Virus genome (UHGV): UHGV-0255373 | Length of the DNA stretch: 46,830 nt | Origin: a virus | Reading direction: 5' to 3' (one strand) | In this document: positions 20,163 through 26,417 of the stretch, in pieces | How the letters are laid out: each line of letters begins with the position of its first letter | Position numbering within the stretch: the stretch's first letter is position 1 | Made by a program: the position numbers and the translations under genes | The notes under the pieces: generated by a model | Database searches by the model: none | What the model was told of the DNA's origin: nothing | Seen by the model: the letters and a program-made list of their open reading frames with translations, nothing else

Positions 20163-20450
20163 TTATATATTATTAATCGTTTTTTCTATTTTAGGGAATT
20201 GCATCGCTAGCCATTCTACCATGTCCTCATTATGAAATGCATAGCCATATCCAATACCACTTTCGATTAAATATGCATGAATAATTTCATGCCTAAGTAT
20301 GCTTTCTATATCGTTAGGTGTTTTACTAAGAATAACTATTTTTTTATTTATGCTATCTGTATACCCATCCGCATCGTTATTTTGCATGTCTTCATCAGGG
20401 TTATCGATATATTTTAAATCATACTTTGTTCCCAATATATTTAGTTTCAT
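20163..20450 (-). CDS. Small HExxH zincin-like protein
   Basis: DGYTD...ILRHEIIHAYL...NEDMV. Confidence 0.7.
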   Translation of the reverse strand: MKLNILGTKYDLKYIDNPDEDMQNNDADGYTDSINKKIVILSKTPNDIESILRHEIIHAYLIESGIGYGYAFHNEDMVEWLAMQFPKIEKTINNI

Positions 20451-20473
20451 AACATTTCCTCCAGTTTATATAT

Positions 20474-20512
20474 AAAAAACCGACGTATAAAATATACATC
20501 GGCTCATGGCTC
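20474..20512 (-). terminator. Intrinsic terminator whose 5' arm is tandem GAGCC box E
   Basis: GAGCC-AT-GAGCCGATGTATA-TTT-TATACGTCGGTTTTTT. Confidence 0.85.
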
Positions 20513-20615
20513 TAATATGTGACTGCATTAATTCGCTATGCAAACCAAACCACTCTCCCTTGCAGTCTGTTTTTTTGTTTGGGAGTTTTTTCGATATCTT
20601 TAGGATACTTTAATT

Positions 20616-20798
20616 TTATACCTTTTTTTTATTACTTTCAACACCTCGTATGTATCCTAGTGCATAAGCACTAGACACCAACTCTGTATTACTTTTCGAT
20701 TTCCTATTTAAAATTAGTATTTCATCCACCATAAGACTACTATCTGTTTTAAATACTTTCTTAGCTTTTTTAATAATATCAATTAATTTTGATTCCAT
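20616..20798 (-). CDS. Hypothetical protein
   Basis: RBS GGAGG; AYALGYIRG motif; follows the rha-like gene. Confidence 0.65.
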   Translation of the reverse strand: MESKLIDIIKKAKKVFKTDSSLMVDEILILNRKSKSNTELVSSAYALGYIRGVESNKKKV

Positions 20799-20841
20799 TT
20801 TCTTGTTCCTCCATTTAATCTTAGAGGCACTTGTTAAAAGG

Positions 20842-20929
20842 TAGACAATTTACCTTTTATGTATTATAATATAAGTGCCTGATGGTGACATTCAAACTAA
20901 TCTTGGTTGGTTGTTGAATGTCTTTTTTT
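20842..20929 (+). ncRNA. Putative ~55-nt antisense RNA including its promoter
   Basis: TAGACA-N17-TATAAT (20842-20870), then GACATTCAA...TTGAATGTC-T7 terminator. Confidence 0.55.
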
Positions 20930-21634
20930 ATGTTCATTTTTAAATAATGATTGTTGCTCATATCCCATGATGACAGCTAAAGTAGCTCCACTAGGATACC
21001 AGTTATTAATATAAGCTATAACCTTATCAAGATCTTTCTTTAAAATATAATTATATTGTGTTACTCCAGCGATGATAGTTGCATCATGTTTGATTTCATT
21101 AAATAATTTTCTTCTTTGCTTATTGTTTACAATTAAATTGTTTTCGCTAATAACTTTCTTAATTCTCGACTTCACTTCTCTGCTAATTAAATTGCACTCA
21201 GATGGTGTTATTGGTAAATCACCTTCAAGCTGATCTAATCTTCTGTCATGCTCTTTCAATTTGATTTCAGACTGAATCATGAATTGAAGCTCAGGTGATA
21301 AATTCTGTAACTGCAACTGATTTGATTCCATAGTATTAAATGCTTCAACATATTTAGCAGTAAATACAACTCCCTTTTCACCAGTTAGCTTATTTGCTAC
21401 CATTTCACATCCCATTTTAGTTAATAGGTAACATTTTAAAGTACGTCCAGTAGTGTCCTGATACTCACTTGGTATAAAGAAATCCACTGAAGTCAATTTT
21501 GACTTGAGTAAAATATCTTCATAAACTCTAATCTTTTTCAATAAATTAGCATGTGTAACTTCAATCATTTCTGCTACTTCTCTGCTGTCAACTGTCCGTT
21601 GACCATTTAATTCGATAATCTTTAAACTATTCAT
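20897..21634 (-). CDS. Rha-family regulator/antirepressor with ORF6C-like C-terminus
   Basis: DSREVAEM...YLLTKMGCEMVANKLTGEKGVVFTAKYVEAFN. Confidence 0.88.
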   Translation of the reverse strand: MNSLKIIELNGQRTVDSREVAEMIEVTHANLLKKIRVYEDILLKSKLTSVDFFIPSEYQDTTGRTLKCYLLTKMGCEMVANKLTGEKGVVFTAKYVEAFNTMESNQLQLQNLSPELQFMIQSEIKLKEHDRRLDQLEGDLPITPSECNLISREVKSRIKKVISENNLIVNNKQRRKLFNEIKHDATIIAGVTQYNYILKKDLDKVIAYINNWYPSGATLAVIMGYEQQSLFKNEHKKRHSTTNQD

Positions 21635-21654
21635 TTTCTATTTTCCTTTCTTTT

Positions 21655-21780
21655 CTAAATCTTTTTTTTAATTAAATCCTCTACGTATCTGCTAAAATTA
21701 GTCTTCGTTTTTAAGCAAAATATCTTAGCTTTTAAAACTAAATCTTCATCTGATTTTACAGTAGTTGTTCTTTTAGTTAT
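21655..21780 (-). CDS. Ribbon-helix-helix (Arc/CopG-like) repressor, ATA start
   Basis: RBS GGAGGTG 6 nt upstream; TKRTTTVKSDEDLVLKAKIFCLKTKTNFSRYVEDLIKKKI. Confidence 0.6.
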   Translation of the reverse strand: MTKRTTTVKSDEDLVLKAKIFCLKTKTNFSRYVEDLIKKKI

Positions 21781-21799
21781 ATTTCTCACCTCCACATTT

Positions 21800-21882
21800 T
21801 AGTACATTTGTATTAATTTATATTTTTAATTTTATAGTACATACGTACTAATGTCAATATTTTTTTTAGTACATATGTACTT
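21800..21882. promoter_or_regulatory. Three TAGTACAT-nn-GTACTA-type palindromic operators and a leftward promoter
   Basis: Copies at 21800-15, 21835-50 and 21867-82; minus-strand TTGACA-N17-TAAAAT (21857-21829) with an operator in the spacer. Confidence 0.78.
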
Positions 21883-21894
21883 TTCGTTAATAAT

Positions 21895-22638
21895 GTGGTT
21901 AAATTATATTATGAAAGGATGATAATAATGGGTGTCGGAACACGTTTAAAAAAGATACTTGATGAAAAAGAAGTTACCATAAAAGAACTTTCTTTAATGT
22001 CAGGGGTATCTATAAATACCTTATATGGAATAACCAAAAGAGACAACGAAACAATAAAAATGGATATACTTTATCCAATAGCAGAGTCTTTAGGAATACC
22101 ACCACAATATTTATTAGGATTAAATGGCACTGCTCCACAATGGACAGATGGTGAACTTGAGGAATACTCTGACCTTGGTCTTGTTGATACAGCTGATGGA
22201 TTATTGAGTGAAATAGTTCATATATGCACAGGATTAACAACTGAAGGACGATTAAAATGTTTAGAATACGTAAAAAGCATTAAGAACAAGTATAAAAGTA
22301 AGGAGACCGAAACATACGAAACGTTATATGAGGAATGGAATAAATTAAGAATTGACGAAATCCGTCTGATGCATGACAAAGGCAAAATTACTGACTTAGA
22401 TTTTCAAAAATTAATGTTGATAATTACAAAAAAACTTCTCATTCCATTTTCAAATTATAAAAATGGCGTTGTGGATGAAGACGGTAATAGAATTCGTAGT
22501 TATTTACACGAGGCAGGAGACATTGTTGATACTAAAATATTAAACAAAGAGATTGCGGTTTCTTTGGAATTATATAATGAAAAAGCTTCGGAATTGCGAA
22601 TAGATGGCAAAGTTCTTAATAAAAGCCCCAAACTCTAA
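21895..22638 (+). CDS. XRE-family HTH protein with an unknown C-terminal domain (likely start 21928)
   Basis: RLKKIL...TIKELSLMSGVSINTLYGI...IAESLG. Confidence 0.8.
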   Translation: MVKLYYERMIIMGVGTRLKKILDEKEVTIKELSLMSGVSINTLYGITKRDNETIKMDILYPIAESLGIPPQYLLGLNGTAPQWTDGELEEYSDLGLVDTADGLLSEIVHICTGLTTEGRLKCLEYVKSIKNKYKSKETETYETLYEEWNKLRIDEIRLMHDKGKITDLDFQKLMLIITKKLLIPFSNYKNGVVDEDGNRIRSYLHEAGDIVDTKILNKEIAVSLELYNEKASELRIDGKVLNKSPKL

Positions 22639-22655
22639 TGAGTAAGGGGCTTTTT
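22621..22655. terminator. Bidirectional terminator
   Basis: AAAAGCCCC...GGGGCTTTT between convergent genes. Confidence 0.7.
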
Positions 22656-22661
22656 ATTGAG

Positions 22662-23177
22662 TTATGTTTTTTTTAAATAGAACATATCCAAAAAATTAAT
22701 TAATTCTTGTTCGTTTTTTATACCTATTTTTTTTATAAAATCAGTAAACGAATCATACATTGGAATATCTTTGTAAAATTTAGGATTTTTTTCACCTTTG
22801 CTATAATCTTCAACTGGATTGTATATTGTCAACATGTTTTCGTTATCCAGATCATAATCTTCTATGCTTAAATCATCATAATAACTATCATCATAAAATC
22901 TGATATTTGCTACATACGAATCCTCAAGATATGTAGCTGGTTCATTCAAATAAATTACTTTTATCCCATTTTTCCAATAAAACGTTGACTCACTGGAACT
23001 GTCACAAATAATTAAAGTAGAATCATCAATAAAATCAATACTATAATCCATTTCATCAATTTTTTTAATCACTTTATTATATAAAATATCTTCTTCGTTT
23101 TTCTTCTCACTACCACTACATCCTACAAAACCAAAGCACAATAGCAATATCAATATACCTTTAATTATTCTTTTCAT
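22662..23177 (-). CDS. Lipoprotein (moron; possible superinfection exclusion)
   Basis: Signal peptide II with lipobox FVGC. Confidence 0.75.
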   Translation of the reverse strand: MKRIIKGILILLLCFGFVGCSGSEKKNEEDILYNKVIKKIDEMDYSIDFIDDSTLIICDSSSESTFYWKNGIKVIYLNEPATYLEDSYVANIRFYDDSYYDDLSIEDYDLDNENMLTIYNPVEDYSKGEKNPKFYKDIPMYDSFTDFIKKIGIKNEQELINFLDMFYLKKT

Positions 23178-23266
23178 TTTATCTCTCCCCTAATTATTCT
23201 ACTCTAATTATAAAATATTGATTGGTGTTTTTCAATTTATAATATGAGATTAATTTCTTAATATTA

Positions 23267-23836
23267 TCAACCCCTGACATAATTATAATACGTACGCTTA
23301 CCAATACCGACTTCTCTACATGCTTCGGTTACCTTACTACCATTATTAACCATTTTAATTACTTCGTCAACTTTCATCTTTACATCAGGTCTACCAAACT
23401 TAACACCACGCTTTTTAGCCGATTCAATCCCCTCTCTTTGTCTCTCTAATGTTGTGATTCTTTCTTGTTCAGCTACAGAACTCAAAACCTCCAGTATTAT
23501 ATTATTAATCATTTCAATAATCCATTGTTGCCCGTCTAGTTCAATTAGTGTCGTAGGCATATTTAAAATTCTTAAAATGACACCTTTTTCTTTGAAATAA
23601 TTGAATTCTCTTATTGTATCTCTCTTATTTCTAGAAAGTCTATCCAGTGCATGAATATATATTACATCACCAGCTGCTACTACTTCTTTTAGTTTTTGAT
23701 AATTTTCTCTATTGGTATTTTTTCCGCTTAGTTTATCACTATAGATATTTTTAACATCAACATACTTGGTTAGACTATCAATTTGTCTATCCAATTTTTG
23801 CTCTTTAGTTGATACACGAGCATAACCGTAAATCAT
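23267..23836 (-). CDS. Small serine recombinase (resolvase/invertase family)
   Basis: YGYARVST, LDRLSR, GVKFGRP, C-terminal HTH. Confidence 0.95.
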   Translation of the reverse strand: MIYGYARVSTKEQKLDRQIDSLTKYVDVKNIYSDKLSGKNTNRENYQKLKEVVAAGDVIYIHALDRLSRNKRDTIREFNYFKEKGVILRILNMPTTLIELDGQQWIIEMINNIILEVLSSVAEQERITTLERQREGIESAKKRGVKFGRPDVKMKVDEVIKMVNNGSKVTEACREVGIGKRTYYNYVRG

Positions 23837-23838
23837 AT

Positions 23839-24081
23839 CTATTCCTCCTCATTGTTTAATATTACTGATCTTGCTACTTTATCACTTCCATTTTTAGGTC
23901 TTAAAATAATTTCATATCCCAACGTATCCATAATTTTAACTAACGTTTCTATTTGGGGGTTATTTGAAATCAATACAGTATTCAAACTACTTGGTCTAGC
24001 ATAACCCACCTTTTCACTCAATACTTTTTGTGTCATATGTTCTTGTTTAAGAATCTTTTTTATTGCTTGTTTTGTTTTCAT
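23839..24081 (-). CDS. HTH transcriptional regulator
   Basis: MTQKVLSEKVGY...LVKIMDTLGYEI. Confidence 0.8.
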   Translation of the reverse strand: MKTKQAIKKILKQEHMTQKVLSEKVGYARPSSLNTVLISNNPQIETLVKIMDTLGYEIILRPKNGSDKVARSVILNNEEE

Positions 24082-24098
24082 TTTATCACCTCAAATAC

Positions 24099-24298
24099 AT
24101 TATACTTATTTATGCGTTCATTTTCAATACTTATTTATAAGTCTTTTTTATTTTTCGGGTGGAAAAGGACATCAGATATACTATATATACACTAAAAAAC
24201 ACCCCTAGGGGTGCATAAAAGTGGTTTTTATTGCACATTTTAATTATACTTATATATACGTTTTAATCGTTGATAAAATACTCGTTTGTACGTATAAT
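24099..24298. promoter_or_regulatory. Divergent SigA promoters with four ATACTtaTttatacGT-like operators
   Basis: Minus TTGAAA-N17-TATAAT (24127-24099); plus TTGATA-N17-TATAAT (24270-24298); boxes at 24102, 24127, 24246 and 24278. Confidence 0.72.
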
Positions 24299-24361
24299 AA
24301 TAGTGTGGTAAGTTAATTACTTACCCGTAAGTATTTTAAAAAGTAAAGGAGGTGATCAACG

Positions 24362-24463
24362 ATGGCAATAAAAAAAGAAGTAGAGCTATACAAAGAGTGG
24401 TGCAACACTCTAGGGCTTAAACCTTACGAAGGTAGAAACCTGATAGCTTACTTCAAACGCTAA
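24362..24463 (+). CDS. 33-aa microprotein
   Basis: RBS AAAGGAGGTGA; MAIKKEVELYKEWCNTLGLKPYEGRNLIAYFKR. Confidence 0.7.
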   Translation: MAIKKEVELYKEWCNTLGLKPYEGRNLIAYFKR

Positions 24464-24535
24464 TATGTAGGGGCTTATATAGCCCTTACATACATAGTAT
24501 ACCATAAACAATTAAATATATAAAGGAGCGTATAT

Positions 24536-24622
24536 ATGAAACTATACATAATTAGAATTGCTTATAGATTACATATAATAAATTTAGAAAGGGCGCTAAA
24601 TATAGCGTATAAGGTAAATTAA
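24536..24622 (+). CDS. 28-aa basic microprotein
   Basis: RBS AAAGGAG; MKLYIIRIAYRLHIINLERALNIAYKVN. Confidence 0.55.
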   Translation: MKLYIIRIAYRLHIINLERALNIAYKVN

Positions 24623-24623
24623 A

Positions 24624-24914
24624 ATGGAAGAATTATTAAGATTTAGCGGTATGAATAACAATGATTATATAGTAATTGATATACCTGATAGAGATTTAGC
24701 GGTTTTAGTAGGATTGGACGAAGATTATTCATCCAGATACCATAGCGATATAGACCCATTAAATGATTTAATTGACGATTTATTCGATTTGGAATGTAGT
24801 GAAATCTTATTTATAGACAGAACATTAAAACAGTCCATCATTGAAGAATTAACTGAACAAAACGACACTACTCGCTTACAACAGTTCAAAAATTTATGCA
24901 AGGAGGTGGCTTAA
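24624..24914 (+). CDS. Acidic hypothetical protein
   Basis: 96 aa, D/E-rich, coupled to flanking micro-ORFs. Confidence 0.7.
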   Translation: MEELLRFSGMNNNDYIVIDIPDRDLAVLVGLDEDYSSRYHSDIDPLNDLIDDLFDLECSEILFIDRTLKQSIIEELTEQNDTTRLQQFKNLCKEVA

Positions 24915-25016
24915 ATGATCTGGTTAATTAAAGTGATGTTCAACATAGCATTTAATATAATATTAGCGCCTATAACATTTATAAAAGTATTTGCATTATG
25001 TGCTAAAAGAAGATAG
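24915..25016 (+). CDS. 33-aa hydrophobic peptide
   Basis: RBS AGGAGGTG; MIWLIKVMFNIAFNIILAPITFIKVFALCAKRR. Confidence 0.65.
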   Translation: MIWLIKVMFNIAFNIILAPITFIKVFALCAKRR

Positions 25017-25035
25017 CTATTAAGCTATCTTTTTT
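25010..25035 (+). terminator. Intrinsic terminator
   Basis: AAGATAGCT-atta-AGCTATCTT followed by a T run. Confidence 0.7.
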
Positions 25036-25382
25036 ATTAGCTAAATAAAATAACTAAAAAATACGTCGTATAAGCGACGTTTTTTTATTTACCCTACAAA
25101 TATAACCATTTATCACAAACAACGCTTATACGCTAAATTATAGTTATTCAGCCAAATACACACACCTTTATATACTTATATAAATCATTCCTAGCCACTA
25201 TATGAGTTGTTTAATATTCTTACTATATTTTATGCCTTTGTACATAAAATAGCCCCTACAGTAACAAAAAAATAATTAAAACGCGAATTTAGCAACCATT
25301 TTAGTCACACACTAAATAAATACTAAGCTGAAATCCCCTATTAATGCGTTTCTGTCAAATTTTGGGTACAAAAAAACGGAAA

Positions 25383-26045
25383 TTAATCCGTTTCTATTAC
25401 ATCAGCTTCAATTATCTCTAAAAGTTCATCGGCTGTTTTAGTTTCACCTAGGTTATTTTCATGTTTAACGATACTTTCGGTCTGATCTTTCATGCCGTAG
25501 TAGTTTTTTGCTCTGAAAATATACGCCACTGGGTTCATCTTACCGTTTATTAATAAATTGGCGTCAAAATCAGATAATAATTGACGAATTCTTTTTGCCA
25601 AGTCAAACCTATCAAACTCCGATTTACTATCTTTTTCACTCCAATTATACAATGTTTGAGTAGTTGTACCGATTGCAAGTGCACACCCTTCCAGAGTTGG
25701 TTTTAATTGATTTTTGTAGCAGTCGTTAAAATAAAATTCAATACGTTGTGCTATTTCTTCGTCATTCTTAGCCATTGGTACATTCCAGTATTTGAATGCG
25801 TGTTCTAAAAGTTTAGCATTTATCGGATCACTGATACTAGAAAGTGATGGCGTATTAGAACGTTCGCCGCCACGGGTTTCGTTTTGATTAATCGGTGACG
25901 TAGTACCGTTTATTTTTGCCTTAGTTCTAGCAATATCATTTAATGTATAGAGTTTATCAGGGTCTACATCGATATTTAATGATTCAGCTTTGTCTAATAA
26001 TGCTTCTTTAGTTCTTGGTTTATGTTTTCTAGTCATTATTATCAC
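25383..26045 (-). CDS. terS: Terminase small subunit (likely start 26036)
   Basis: PTLEGCALAIG...TLYNW...AYIFRAKNYYGMKD motif. Confidence 0.75.
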   Translation of the reverse strand: MIIMTRKHKPRTKEALLDKAESLNIDVDPDKLYTLNDIARTKAKINGTTSPINQNETRGGERSNTPSLSSISDPINAKLLEHAFKYWNVPMAKNDEEIAQRIEFYFNDCYKNQLKPTLEGCALAIGTTTQTLYNWSEKDSKSEFDRFDLAKRIRQLLSDFDANLLINGKMNPVAYIFRAKNYYGMKDQTESIVKHENNLGETKTADELLEIIEADVIETD

Positions 26046-26120
26046 ATCCTAATAAATTTAATAGTTTAGCATTATTTTCATCGATTCTTATAAACATATT
26101 TTCCTCCTTAAAGTTAGTAA

Positions 26121-26417
26121 AGTACGCTTAGTACGTTAGGGGGTGGGGTCGTTGTTATATATATGTAATTATGTATATTTATAGTGTTTTTTATTTATTT
26201 TTTAATAACAATATATATAAACGTACTAAACGTACTAATATATAAAAACATAAGCAATATCAAAGGTTTTGAGCAGTACGTTTATTTTTTTAAAACGTAC
26301 TTTAAACGTGCTATTTTTAGCAGTAACGTACTTAAAATGTATTAGAATAATTTTCAGTACGTTACAAAGTACGTTTATAAGCCGTTTTAGTACGTTACTT
26401 TTTTTATGCCACGTACT
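26121..26417. repeat. About 12 AGTACGTT-type iterons in both orientations; probable replication origin
   Basis: Copies (some with one mismatch) at 26121, 26130, 26220, 26229, 26275, 26294, 26305, 26325, 26356, 26368, 26389 and 26410, around an AT-rich stretch at the primase 3' end. Confidence 0.78.

Noticed and set aside
26121..26417. Possible CRISPR array
   Set aside because: Repeats are only 8 bp, in mixed orientation and irregularly spaced
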